Shown here in pieces: positions 1 through 10,600 of a stretch of DNA of 64,000 bases. Source of the stretch: Candidatus Sumerlaeaceae bacterium. GTDB lineage: Bacteria; Sumerlaeota; Sumerlaeia; Sumerlaeales; Sumerlaeaceae. A model generated the notes under the pieces. The model did not search any database, was not told the DNA's origin, and saw only the letters and a program-made list of their open reading frames with translations. How positions within the stretch are numbered: the first letter of the stretch is position 1; every line of letters begins with the position of its first letter. Made by a program: the position numbers and the translations under genes. The stretch lies in NCBI GenBank assembly GCA_051003195.1, contig JBPCLP010000024.1, positions 64,001 through 128,000 of the forward strand. Direction: 5' to 3'.

Positions 1-1495
1 GCAACCCGCACACCAGTTCTCGGAACGCCAGCGGCGTCGACTCAAACGCATTGACCATATAACGCGCCGGAATGTCCTTCGGGTTTACCGTATAATCGTG
101 CCGGCGCTCCGCCAGCACCGTGGGGCAGAACGGCATCCAGAAATCCCGCATCTTGATCGCCCGGTTGATGTTGCGCACATTACGCGGGTCCGAGGGATTC
201 GCAATAATGGTCCGGTTACCAAGAGACCGCGCGCCAAACTCCGCGCGCCCCACCATCCGCGCCAGGATCATATTATCCACCAGTAACTGCGCAGCCGTGC
301 CCGGCAAATCCGCCGGTTTCATCCACTCCAGAGTGCCGGTATTCTTTTGTAATTCCGCCAGGGCCGCCTCGTCGTTAAATTCCGGACCCAGGTACAGCTG
401 TTCAAGGGGTTGTATCTCAGGCGTCGCGCCGGCCCGCACGCAGTCCTCGGCATATGTGTGCAGCGCTGCGCCATACGCCGTGCTCTCGTCGCCGCCACTC
501 GGCATAAAGAAAATCTGTTCGATCTCCGGGAGTTGCGAAATCAGCATGTTCATCTTCACGTTCATGAACACGCCGCCCGCGCAACCCACTTTACGGATGC
601 CGGTCGTCTTCACCCAGTTACGCACAAACGGCACCACGACTTCCTCCACCAGCCGCTGCGCCGCTGCGGCCACGCAATCAAAGCGGTGCCCGCGCATCTT
701 CTCTTCAATGTAAGGAACCAGGTCCAGGCTCCAGCGTCCCGTACGATTCTCGAAACCGAGCCCATCCGCCGTCAACCCGTAGAACTCCTTCATTACGGCG
801 TAGGCTTTGTCCGCCCACTCCTCCGGCGCATACGGCGCCAGGCCCATCACCTTGTACTCATGCTCGAGCGGCTTCATCGCCATGTACTGCGTCAGGCGCA
901 TATAAAAATCGCCGATGGAATGATAGCTGGGCAGCGCCGCCAGCCGGGTCAGACCAAACTTCTCTCCAATGGAAACAGTGCCGCACAATCCATCGCCCGA
1001 CCCATCCAGCGTAATCACCAGCATCTTCTCATCCGGCGAGAAAAAGGGGGACGGATAATAGGCCGTCGCGGCGTGCGTCGTATGATGCTCAACTACGCGC
1101 AACTGCGTTTGCTGGCCGCACCGCCGCAGAAATTCCTTCACTGGTTCCAGGTCGCGCCGCTTGGAAAAATAGTTCACATAATTCTTCACGACTGCAGGCG
1201 ATGTCACCGCCGACGACGCCAACCGGCTCGCCAGGCGAACCATACGCCGCAACAAGGACCGGTCCGCGCTTCCCAGGTCCAGCATCGGCTGAACGAGGCT
1301 GCTCACTGTCACAAAGTCCAGGTCAGCCGGTCGCACATCATTATTTTGAAGCAGCCAGTCAACCGACTGCACCGGGAAGCCGGCCCAGCCCTTTTTGCGA
1401 TTGAACCGTTCCTCACTTACCATCCCGAGCAGTTTTCCATCGCGCATCAGGCACGCGGTTGCCGTATGGCCATCCGTTACACCAAGCGTGATCAC
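1..1495 (-). CDS. Carbamoyltransferase (NodU/CmcH family), 3' end runs off the window
   Basis: Not in the ORF track; I read both ends by hand. GTG at 1495 overlaps the stop of the GT2 gene. The N-terminus reads VITLGVTDGHTATACLMRDG. The C-terminal part reads GRAEFGARSLGNRTIIANPSDPRNVRNINRAIKMRDFWMPFCPTVL, matching the EFGPRALGNRSI...REWFRPFAP signature of carbamoyltransferases. Confidence 0.9.
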   Translation of the reverse strand, partial: MITLGVTDGHTATACLMRDGKLLGMVSEERFNRKKGWAGFPVQSVDWLLQNNDVRPADLDFVTVSSLVQPMLDLGSADRSLLRRMVRLASRLASSAVTSPAVVKNYVNYFSKRRDLEPVKEFLRRCGQQTQLRVVEHHTTHAATAYYPSPFFSPDEKMLVITLDGSGDGLCGTVSIGEKFGLTRLAALPSYHSIGDFYMRLTQYMAMKPLEHEYKVMGLAPYAPEEWADKAYAVMKEFYGLTADGLGFENRTGRWSLDLVPYIEEKMRGHRFDCVAAAAQRLVEEVVVPFVRNWVKTTGIRKVGCAGGVFMNVKMNMLISQLPEIEQIFFMPSGGDESTAYGAALHTYAEDCVRAGATPEIQPLEQLYLGPEFNDEAALAELQKNTGTLEWMKPADLPGTAAQLLVDNMILARMVGRAEFGARSLGNRTIIANPSDPRNVRNINRAIKMRDFWMPFCPTVLAERRHDYTVNPKDIPARYMVNAFESTPLAFRELVCGL

Positions 1496-2232
1496 TTCGA
1501 CGCAGCGCTTTCCTGCGGCAACCTTGGTTCAGAGACCACGGCGATCTTTCCAAAACGATAACGCAAAAGTGTCATTATGGCCTGGCTGCCATGCCGAATC
1601 AGCCGCAGCTTTTTGCCCTGGGCAACGTTGCGCGGGTGATACCCAATCGGAACCTCCATAATGCGGTGACCGAGCCGCGCAATTTTCGCCGTTACTTCAG
1701 GGCAGAACTCAAAACCGACGCAACTAAGCGGAATCGATTTGATAAGCTCTGTCCGAAACACTTTGTAGCAAGTTGACTCATCGGTGATGTTCAGGCCGTA
1801 CAACAGATTTGTAAAAGTAGCCAACGCGCGATTTACCAGGCGCGTCTTCCAGCCCAAAATGGCATTTGGCAGCAGGAACCGCGAACCATACACGACGTCC
1901 GCTTTGCCTTCCTGGATCGGCTTTACCAGGTTCACATATTCGGCAGGGTCGAGCTCCAGGTCCGCGTCCTGGATGATCACCACGTCACCGGTCACAAACT
2001 GCAAACCGATCCGTATGGCTGCGCCCTTTCCGAAGTTCGTAGGTGTAACGAAAACCTTCACTTCGTCCATGTTTTCTAAGTGCGAACGCTCGACGATGGT
2101 CCGAGTCTGGTCCCGCGAACCGTCATCCACGATGATGACTTCTTTCTCAAACGGGACCTTCAATACCCGTTCAATCACCTCACCAATGGTGGATTCCTCG
2201 TTGTACACGGGTATGATGACAGAGAGTTTCAT
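1492..2232 (-). CDS. Glycosyltransferase family 2 (DPM1-like)
   Basis: Motifs MKLSVIIPVYNE, IIVDDGSRD, GKGAA, IQDADLE. ATG 2232 preferred over 2256. Confidence 0.9.
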   Translation of the reverse strand: MKLSVIIPVYNEESTIGEVIERVLKVPFEKEVIIVDDGSRDQTRTIVERSHLENMDEVKVFVTPTNFGKGAAIRIGLQFVTGDVVIIQDADLELDPAEYVNLVKPIQEGKADVVYGSRFLLPNAILGWKTRLVNRALATFTNLLYGLNITDESTCYKVFRTELIKSIPLSCVGFEFCPEVTAKIARLGHRIMEVPIGYHPRNVAQGKKLRLIRHGSQAIMTLLRYRFGKIAVVSEPRLPQESAASK

Positions 2233-2386
2233 GGTTTTAGACGGGCTGCACTCCATACAACGTGCATTCTGGAACCATTTAACCTGATCTGAAAAGTCTG
2301 GATGGAGGCATGTCGAGTCTAATTGTGTTTGAGTGATTTAATTACAAACGAGTGAATGTTCCTTCACTACGTCAGAAAGGCACTCT

Positions 2387-3895
2387 GTGACGGCTCGTCA
2401 GCACTTTAGAAATGCCTTGTGGCTTACATCATCCGGAGCCATTGCAAAGATACTGCTCCTTGTAGCGTCGGTACTAACGTACAAACATCTTAGCGTCCTG
2501 GAAAATGGAATTCTCGGCTTCGCCCTCGCCTATGGTTCCATCTGCGCCTTGTTCATGGAAGCCGGGCTGCGTGGGTACACCATGCGCGAGCTGTCCAGGA
2601 TGCGCGAGCATCACGACTCTGCCGCCCGGCTCTTTACGCTCACCCTCAATACGCGCGCAGCGGTGCTGCTGCTGACGGGACCGGTCGCACTAGTCATCGT
2701 TTGGATGCTCGGCTATCGGGGCCCCGTGCTGGCATTTGTCGTCGCGATGATTGGCTATGGGCTGCTGGACTCACTGGGCATGTATTTCAAGGCAGTGCTT
2801 CGGTGCTACGATCGTATGGCGTACGATGCGGTATTTTCGATTTCGGCAAAACTCCTGCTGCTGCTGGTTCTTGCTGGTGCAGTATACACCCGCCATTTAA
2901 CACTGCCCATTGTCTCAGTTGCCTACGTCGGTTCCGCAGCCTTGGAGGTTGGAAGTCTGGCGTTAGTCGTAGGCAAAAGCCTGCGGCTACCCTTCCTGGC
3001 CGCATGCACACCGCGCGCCATGTACCAGCTTCTGCGCACTTCTTTGCCATTCGCCTCGATTATCATGATCGCGATGCTTTATCTTCGCACGGGTGTGTTT
3101 ACGCTCTCGGCGCTGCCGTGGCTTCAGCCGATCTTTTCGCACTTTGAATTACTTGCGGAGCAGGCGCCGAAGATAAGCTCGATCGTCGCGATCGCGTTTT
3201 TCACTACTGCGGCCCGACTGCCGGAAGCCCTGAGCTTCCTTCCATTAGGGGTCGTCAACGCGATGATCCCGCACCTGTCGCGCAGCAAAGGACAAACAGC
3301 CGCCGTGCAGACGATCTTTACAATCCTGATAAAATATCTCGGGATAGCTGGCTTTATGCTCGGGGCATGGCTGGCAACCCAGCCTGCTTCTTTCCTGCTA
3401 TTAGTATCCAAACACGAATACCTGCCGGCCACGGCAGCCTTTTCGTGGCTTGCCATAGCGCTGCCTTTTTCATTTCTACGCTATACCACGTCGAACCTGC
3501 TCATCTGCCTGGATCAGGAGCGGGTCCTGATCCGCCGCGAGGTGATCGCGCTGATTCTTAATCTTGTGTTAAACATCGCGCTGGTGCCGAACTGGACATT
3601 CCTGGGCGCGGCAGTCGCATTGGCGATCAGCGAAGCCGTCTCATTTTTTCTGGAGCTCGCGATCCTTAAAACGCGTTGTGGCGTACAGCTTCCCGCACGG
3701 CTGTGGCTGCTATGGGCGGGCGCGGCCGCCGCAGTCGCAGTCCCCAGCATGCTTGTAGGCGGCCTGGCGCCACTGCCTTCGCTTGTACCCGGAGCCATTG
3801 CCGCCATTCTGTGCCTCGCTGTGATCGTCCTGAGCAATCCGGGCGAAGTGCGTGCGCTGATGCGCCGTCAGGTTGCTGAGATTGCGGAAGGCTGA
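2387..3895 (+). CDS. Oligosaccharide flippase (Wzx/MATE-like polysaccharide exporter)
   Basis: About 12-14 hydrophobic segments, NLVLNIALVP..GAAVA C-terminal motif, located beside a glycosyltransferase. Confidence 0.85.
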   Translation: MTARQHFRNALWLTSSGAIAKILLLVASVLTYKHLSVLENGILGFALAYGSICALFMEAGLRGYTMRELSRMREHHDSAARLFTLTLNTRAAVLLLTGPVALVIVWMLGYRGPVLAFVVAMIGYGLLDSLGMYFKAVLRCYDRMAYDAVFSISAKLLLLLVLAGAVYTRHLTLPIVSVAYVGSAALEVGSLALVVGKSLRLPFLAACTPRAMYQLLRTSLPFASIIMIAMLYLRTGVFTLSALPWLQPIFSHFELLAEQAPKISSIVAIAFFTTAARLPEALSFLPLGVVNAMIPHLSRSKGQTAAVQTIFTILIKYLGIAGFMLGAWLATQPASFLLLVSKHEYLPATAAFSWLAIALPFSFLRYTTSNLLICLDQERVLIRREVIALILNLVLNIALVPNWTFLGAAVALAISEAVSFFLELAILKTRCGVQLPARLWLLWAGAAAAVAVPSMLVGGLAPLPSLVPGAIAAILCLAVIVLSNPGEVRALMRRQVAEIAEG

Positions 3896-4004
3896 CACAC
3901 ATTAGTCTTAGTGGTTGCGTGGTTCCGTGCCAGAAGCAGCAGAAATCAAAGTACGGTTGTCCAGCCACCGGTACTCATTGTTCTTAACAAAACAAACGCT
4001 ACCG

Positions 4005-4775
4005 CTATATTGATGCCTTGCGTAGCGTAACAACATAGCCAAGCGTATACACGTCGGACTTTATGGATTCATATCGTAAGAGGCGTGCGAGCACGAATTG
4101 CGGGAGCGCGAACATAGCGCGAACAGGAGAGGTTTGCAGTAGATGTTTACGGGTACGAACGAAGCGCCTGATCAACTGATTCAATGCTCCAAAAATCGCC
4201 GCCTGCACTTTAAATAGCATGTCATAGCACACGGTCAGAAGGCCACCACGACCGGCTATGTCCTCGACATGCAACCCTGCTTTCTCTGCCATATACTTGT
4301 AGCTGAAGGGCGTATAGCGGAAGAAGTCGTACGGCGCCTCATGAATTCGGTACATGAAGGGCGACGTCACAAGCGCAATACCTCCCGGCCTGAGCACTCG
4401 GCCTATCTCCGTAAGGCATTGCTGCGGTTCCGGAAGATGTTCCAGCACCTCGGTGCAAAGCACGAAGTCGAAGCTGGCGTCAGAGAATGGCAGTTGGGTC
4501 GCCGATCCATAGATATCGATACGCGTCTGTTCGTGCGGAGAGAATGGCATATCGATACCAACGTGACGCCGCACATAAGGGGCAAATACCGCCTCATATG
4601 GCTTCGTGCCGCAGCCGATATCCAGCATGTTACCGAATGCCAGCTCGCGCCTTTTTACGATCTCGCGCAGCAGGCGATCTGTCGCAAGGTACGATTCGGG
4701 CGCAATCCGCCGCCAGTCAATCGTGAAGGCTCCGGAACTCGTCTGCCGAATAAAGCCCGGGCTGCTGTCTCGCAT
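4005..4775 (-). CDS. Class I SAM-dependent methyltransferase
   Basis: Motifs LDIGCG, LPFSDASFDFVLCTEVLEH, RVLRPGG. Start at ATG 4775 is more plausible than 4877. Confidence 0.85.
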   Translation of the reverse strand: MRDSSPGFIRQTSSGAFTIDWRRIAPESYLATDRLLREIVKRRELAFGNMLDIGCGTKPYEAVFAPYVRRHVGIDMPFSPHEQTRIDIYGSATQLPFSDASFDFVLCTEVLEHLPEPQQCLTEIGRVLRPGGIALVTSPFMYRIHEAPYDFFRYTPFSYKYMAEKAGLHVEDIAGRGGLLTVCYDMLFKVQAAIFGALNQLIRRFVRTRKHLLQTSPVRAMFALPQFVLARLLRYESIKSDVYTLGYVVTLRKASI

Positions 4776-4906
4776 ATCAAAGCGTATTCCCGCAGTTGAA
4801 ACCTGCCAAGACAAGCAAAAGCACACGATAAAACTGCTCGACACTGTTTCCATGCACGCCATGATTAGTAAGTACAATTACTGGTTCATCTGGAGGACGG
4901 ATCGGT

Positions 4907-5626
4907 TTGCCGGCGAATCTGCTGCGGAAGATAATGGGCGCAAACTCGATCGGAGCGTTCATTCGAATTACGACGCTGCGCCGCCGCCTTGCCGAATTGC
5001 TGCCGCCAAATTGCGAGCGCGTGTTTGAGGCCGGGTGTGGCACGGCTGCCGTCCTCGCGCAGTTGCGGCCCTTTTTCCCGGGTGCTGCTTTATCAGGAAT
5101 TGATATCGATCCCGATCTCATCAGGCGCGCACAGGAACGAATTCCCGAGGGTAAATTCTGGGTCGCTGACCTGACGCAGTTCACGGGCAGTGCTAACCAG
5201 GACCTGGTCCTGAACGTGGACGTCCTCGAGCATATCGAGGACTATCAAGCCGCACTGCGAGGCATGCTATCCTGCCTGAAACCCGGCGGTCTGCTGGCTC
5301 TGCACACGCCGAACGAAACGCAACGCCGACTGCTTCCAGTCCGGCTACTACAGGAACACCACCAGCACGATCACGTGCGTGAAGGATACAACCTGGATAC
5401 GCTGGCTTCCGATATGGAAGCACTGGGTGCCGAGGTGCTCCACAAAGAGCGCACGGTGGGGACGTTCGGGGCCCTGTTATGGGATATTGATTTTATTGCA
5501 CGAAAAGCATATCCGATGAATCTGCTCTTGCTGCCCGTGCTGAAGCTTTTCGCGCGCGTGGATATCGGTTCCTGCCACCCCCAGGGCAATGGCTTGCTGA
5601 TCATCGCCAAAAAGAAAGGCGCGTAA
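4907..5626 (+). CDS. Class I SAM-dependent methyltransferase
   Basis: Motifs FEAGCGT, GIDID, DVLEH, LKPGG. GGAGG RBS at 4892-4896 before the TTG start. Confidence 0.85.
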   Translation: MPANLLRKIMGANSIGAFIRITTLRRRLAELLPPNCERVFEAGCGTAAVLAQLRPFFPGAALSGIDIDPDLIRRAQERIPEGKFWVADLTQFTGSANQDLVLNVDVLEHIEDYQAALRGMLSCLKPGGLLALHTPNETQRRLLPVRLLQEHHQHDHVREGYNLDTLASDMEALGAEVLHKERTVGTFGALLWDIDFIARKAYPMNLLLLPVLKLFARVDIGSCHPQGNGLLIIAKKKGA

Positions 5627-7216
5627 ATGCGTTTCGTACGTGTCTCGTCCATTTTTTTCGGCTCATGTCTGGTCGCAGGAAACCTCGCGAGCGGCAGCGA
5701 GAGCGGCACGTCGCTCCATGAGATAGCCGTGCAGGAATCGATGGTGCCCATTCGCCCGGGCGAGCTTGGGAAGTCGCCGTTTTGGAACGGCTCCGCAAGG
5801 CAGTTCACCACGGTGCCGGCGTTCGACTTTAAGCCAATAGCCGGTAGCACGGGTTATCGTTTCGTTTTAGAGGACGGTACGACTTCCCACACTTTTGAAT
5901 CGAATGCGCCCTGGGCCACTCTTCAGCCGGTGTGGGATCAGCTGTCTGCAGGCCTCACCACGGTCACAGTGGAAGCCCTCGTTAAACCCCACGGCCGCCC
6001 GATCGGCCTTGCGGGTCAGCGCGCATTCCACCGCGCGACGGTTTTTAATGGCCCCTACGGAAAACCCATATTGCCCTACGCCGAAAGCGCACGTGTTGCC
6101 CTGGATGGCATTCTCCGGGAGCCCTTCGTTCAGAACTGGTTCGCCACCGGCGAACCAGACACCAGCTACCCTTTGTATCGTTATTCTTCCAAGGTAATCG
6201 GAAGCCTGCTTACTGCGACTGCCTTATACGTGACACAGAAGCCCCGACCGGCGGATGCGGACCAGGCACTGAAAATAGGCAGCCGCGCCGCCGATTACCT
6301 GATCAGCTGCTCGCTTCCGCTAGGATCGCCACTGGCGCATTGCCCGCCGACTTACAATCGTGCACCGACAACCGAACGCGAGAACGACAACTGGAGCATG
6401 CTCATCTCGCCCGCCGAAGCTGGCAATGGCTTTCTCAACCTCTACGAGGTAACTACAGAACCGAGATATCTCGCGGCTGCTCGGCATTGTGCAGATGCGT
6501 ATCAGCGCACACAGCTTACTTCCGGCACTTGGTGGCTGAAAATCGATAATCGGACGGGTAAACCGCTCGCGCCAATCGAACTCATACCCTCCAATCCGAT
6601 CTTGTTCCTCGACCGGATGATCCGAATTTACGGGGATACGAGGTATCAGGCGACGCGCGACCGCGCTATCGAATGGATGATGCGCAACCCCGTGCGTACT
6701 TTTAACTGGCAGGCGCAGTTCGACGATGCAAAGCTGCGCGGCGCTTATGAAAACCTGGGCAAGCACGAAGCATGCGAGTTCGCGAACTACCTTTTCGACC
6801 TGCCCGGCAGCGACACGGCTCAACTTGCACTGGCGGAGGAACTGCTAAGATTTGCCGAGGACCAGTTTGTCACGTGGGAGAATCCGCCTCAACTCAAGCT
6901 CCGCTCCCAAAACCTGAAGCCCGAGTTCTGGATTCTTCCATGCTCGCTTGAGCAGTACGCCATGTTCGAGCCGATTTCCGGAAGCTCAGCGTTCATGATC
7001 ATGACATACGTTCGCGCCTACCGCGTCACAGGTAAACCCCTGTACATTGCAAAGGCCGAATCGCTGGCAAATGCGCTGACGGTCGCGCAGCACATGCACA
7101 ATGGCCGTTATCCCACGCGGATGGTGCCTCAGGATCTCGCTTATTGGGTGAACAGCTCGGTCAACTGCGTTCGTGCGATGCAGATGCTGGCTGCGGCGCG
7201 CGACGGGAAACAGTAG
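5627..7216 (+). CDS. Secreted hypothetical protein, probable alpha/alpha-toroid (six-hairpin glycosidase-like)
   Basis: Signal-like N-terminus; helical repeats such as LYEVTTEPRYLAAA and AYRVTGKPLYIAKA typical of toroid folds. Confidence 0.55.
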   Translation: MRFVRVSSIFFGSCLVAGNLASGSESGTSLHEIAVQESMVPIRPGELGKSPFWNGSARQFTTVPAFDFKPIAGSTGYRFVLEDGTTSHTFESNAPWATLQPVWDQLSAGLTTVTVEALVKPHGRPIGLAGQRAFHRATVFNGPYGKPILPYAESARVALDGILREPFVQNWFATGEPDTSYPLYRYSSKVIGSLLTATALYVTQKPRPADADQALKIGSRAADYLISCSLPLGSPLAHCPPTYNRAPTTERENDNWSMLISPAEAGNGFLNLYEVTTEPRYLAAARHCADAYQRTQLTSGTWWLKIDNRTGKPLAPIELIPSNPILFLDRMIRIYGDTRYQATRDRAIEWMMRNPVRTFNWQAQFDDAKLRGAYENLGKHEACEFANYLFDLPGSDTAQLALAEELLRFAEDQFVTWENPPQLKLRSQNLKPEFWILPCSLEQYAMFEPISGSSAFMIMTYVRAYRVTGKPLYIAKAESLANALTVAQHMHNGRYPTRMVPQDLAYWVNSSVNCVRAMQMLAAARDGKQ

Positions 7217-7317
7217 TCACAGTGCCTGCGTAGCTTCCGCGTGCTTTTGCTGAGCCCCGGACTTGACGTCAGCCCCGGCAACCTCGAATCCCGCATTTAC
7301 TCAGGAGATACCTACCG

Positions 7318-7680
7318 ATGAAACATGTAAAAAGCGGCCAGAGCCGCCGCAGGTTCGACGTGCTGCTGTCCAGCCTCGAGCTGCAATGTGCGAGGATGAC
7401 ATTACCGCCCGGCGGCGCCAGCGAAGATCAGCCGCACAACGAACACCCTGGATCTGAGCAATGGCTTTTCGTTATTTCCGGAACCGGGGAAGCGATCGCA
7501 AGACGTGGTCAAACGTACCGCCGAGTCGAGCTCGCTCCAAATTCTCTCGTGCTCATCGAAAAACGCGAGTTACACCAGATCCGCAATACCGGCCGTAAAC
7601 CGCTCGTCACCATCAACTTCTATTCTCCGCCAGCGTATACCGAGGACGGTGAACCGAAGCCGCGAAAAGGAAAGAAGTGA
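7318..7680 (+). CDS. Cupin domain protein
   Basis: Motifs NEHPGSEQWLFVISGTG and HQIRNTG; AGGAG RBS. Confidence 0.85.
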   Translation: MKHVKSGQSRRRFDVLLSSLELQCARMTLPPGGASEDQPHNEHPGSEQWLFVISGTGEAIARRGQTYRRVELAPNSLVLIEKRELHQIRNTGRKPLVTINFYSPPAYTEDGEPKPRKGKK

Positions 7681-10600
7681 AAGCAATTGCGCGCAAACTT
7701 ACCCGGGGCCTTCTGCTATTGTTGATGATGAACGGAATGCCCGCCAGGTCTGCGCCTGCCGAAGCTTCGCAAATTCGCGTCAACAACCTGCGCTGCGAAT
7801 ATCTTACACAGCCGCTCGGCATTGACACCACTGCGCCGCGGCTGAGCTGGATCGTATCGTCGCCTGGAAGGGGAGAGGTGCAGTCCGCATGGCAGGTGCG
7901 GGTGGCGTCATCGCGCGAAGGTTTGGAACCGGGACCAGGCGATTTATGGGATTCCGGCAAAGTGGATGGAGCCGAGACTAATCAGATTGTGTACGCAGGT
8001 AAGCCACTCGTTTCCGGGCAGCGATGCTGGTGGAAGGTACGCAGTTGGGACCGCGAAGGCTTGCCGACACCATGGAGTGAACCGGCCTGGTGGGAAATGG
8101 CGCTGCTTGATTCCACAGACTGGAAAGCCAAATGGATCGGAACCGATCGTAAGATCGTACCCGTGATTGGGCTTGAAGGCGCTTCGTGGATTGCGCCGGC
8201 GGACAACGCGCCGACAACGGAGCCCATTACATATCGAAAGACTTTCGCAATGCCGGCGGGACGCAATGTTCTGACGGCCCGAATTCGTTTCGCATGCGAT
8301 CAGCCTGTCCACGTTTTCTGTAATGGGAAGCAGCTCGGCACCACCAGCGGCGACTGGCGCAGCCTCGATGTTTTTGAACCGGGACACACATTGCGCGTCG
8401 GAGAGAATATCATCGCTGCGCGTTTAGATCCAGGCGAGACTTCTGTGCCGTTGATCGGGCGCATCGAGGTAATCTCTGATTACGGCGGCCCCATTCGCCA
8501 CAATTCCGACAAGACCTGGTCGGTTCAAAGGGGACCCGTGCAGGACGAAGATTTGTCTACATCCACGGAGTCCAATGGCTGGTCGCCAGCCCGCGAAATC
8601 TGCAAATGGGGCGAAGGTGACAAGGTACCGGCCACAACACCAGATGCGCGTGTTAATGCCCATCCGGCCCCATTGCTGCGGCGCAGTTTTGATCTGAAGT
8701 CCGCTCCGCGAGCGGCACGCCTGCGTGTGTGTGGTATGGGCTATCATGATGTTTACCTTAACGGCCAAAGGGTTGGCGATCACGTCCTCGATCCTGCGTA
8801 CACCGATTACCGAAAGCGCCTGCTTTACGTAACACACGATGTCACCTCGCTGTTAAACCAGGGCCGTAATGCCGTTGGTGTGATGCTTGGTACCGGGTGG
8901 TACGACGTGCATACGCTGGCCGAGTGGAACTTCGATTCCGCATGGTGGCGCGCAACGCCGCGGGTGATAGTCCAACTGGAAATCGATATGGAGGACAGCA
9001 GCCGCGTTGTTATTGGCAGCAATAAGCAATGGAGGGTCGGCGAGGGTCCCGTTGTCTTCGACAGCATTTACGAAGGCGAAACCTATGATGCGCGCAGCGA
9101 AGTCCAGGGCTGGAGCACCGCCGAATTTAATGACAAGCCATGGAAGCCAGCAACCGAAGTGGACGCCCCCCGTGGCAATCTGCGCGCGCAACAGGTGCAG
9201 CCCATTCGCGCGACGAAGACGCTCGACGCTGTTCGCGTAACGGAGCCCCGACCCGGTGTCTACCTGTTCGATTTTGGACAGAACATGTCGGGCGTTCCGG
9301 TACTGTCGATCGAGGGGCCCGCGGGTACCAGCATCACAATGACGTGCGGCGAAAGGTTGAAGCCAGACGGCTCGCTGGAGCTGCATCCGATCGACGGTTT
9401 TACGCGCAAGCGCGACATGCGCCAGCGTTTCCAGGCGGATGTGTATATATTGAAAGGAGGCGCTCGCGAAACCTGGCAGCCGCGCTTCACATACCATGGA
9501 TTTCAGTACGTCGAAATCACTGGAGCACCTTTTCCGCTAGTCGCAGCAAATCTCCGCGCAAAAGTGCTGCACACCGACGTTCCCGCCGTGGGCGACTTTA
9601 CTTGCTCCAACGATCTTTTTAACAGGATCCAGCACAATACGCTCTGGTCGTACCTCAGCAATCTTATGGGCATTCCGACCGATTGTCCACACCGCGAGAA
9701 GAACGGCTGGACGGGCGATGCACATCTCGCATGGCACACCGGAAACTACAATTTCGACGGCGCAGCGTTCTATACAAAGTGGGTGAACGACCTTGCGGAC
9801 GCGCAGCGGCCGGACGGCGACTTACCCGGAATAGTTCCCAGCAATGGCTGGGGCTACGATCCATGGATCGGCCCTGCGTGGGACATGGCATACCTTCTTA
9901 TTCCATGGTACATGTATGAGTTCTACGGCGACACGCGTATACTGGAAGAGCACTATGACAATATGAAGCGCTACGTCGAGCTCTTGCGTACCCGCACAAA
10001 GGATGGCATCGTGACGTATGGACTCGGCGATTGGTGTCCCGCCGAAACCACGACAAGCAAAACTTTAACTTCGACCGCGTGCCTTTACAGGGATGCGCAA
10101 ATTCTCTCGGATACTGCTGCATTACTCGGGCGTACGGATGACGTGTCCCGCTATGCGGCGCTCGCCGACGAAACGCGCACCGCGTTCAACCGCGAATTCC
10201 TGGATCCCACAACCGGCCTGTACGATAACGGCAGCCAGACCGCGCAAGCCTGTGCATTATACGAGGACCTCGCTCCGCCCGATCACCGCGATCAAATTCT
10301 CGACAACCTCATCAAAGCAATTGAACGCAGTAACAACCACATCGACACCGGCATCCTCGGCGCAAAGTACCTGCCTAACGTCTTGATGCAGGCTGGCCGT
10401 ACGGATGTGACGTACGCAATGTTCAACCAGCGCACGCGCCCGAGCTACGGCTGGTGGATCGATCAGGGGGCCACGACCCTGTGGGAGCAGTGGAACGGCG
10501 ATGACTCACGCAATCACATCATGTTCGGCGAAATTGGCGCGTGGTTCTATAAGGCGCTCGCCGGTATTCGCTGCGCCGCGCCTGGATGGAAGAAGATTGA

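Noticed and set aside
98..1661. Plus-strand ORFs 120..713 and 410..1561
   Set aside because: Antisense shadows of the carbamoyltransferase; no recognisable motifs.
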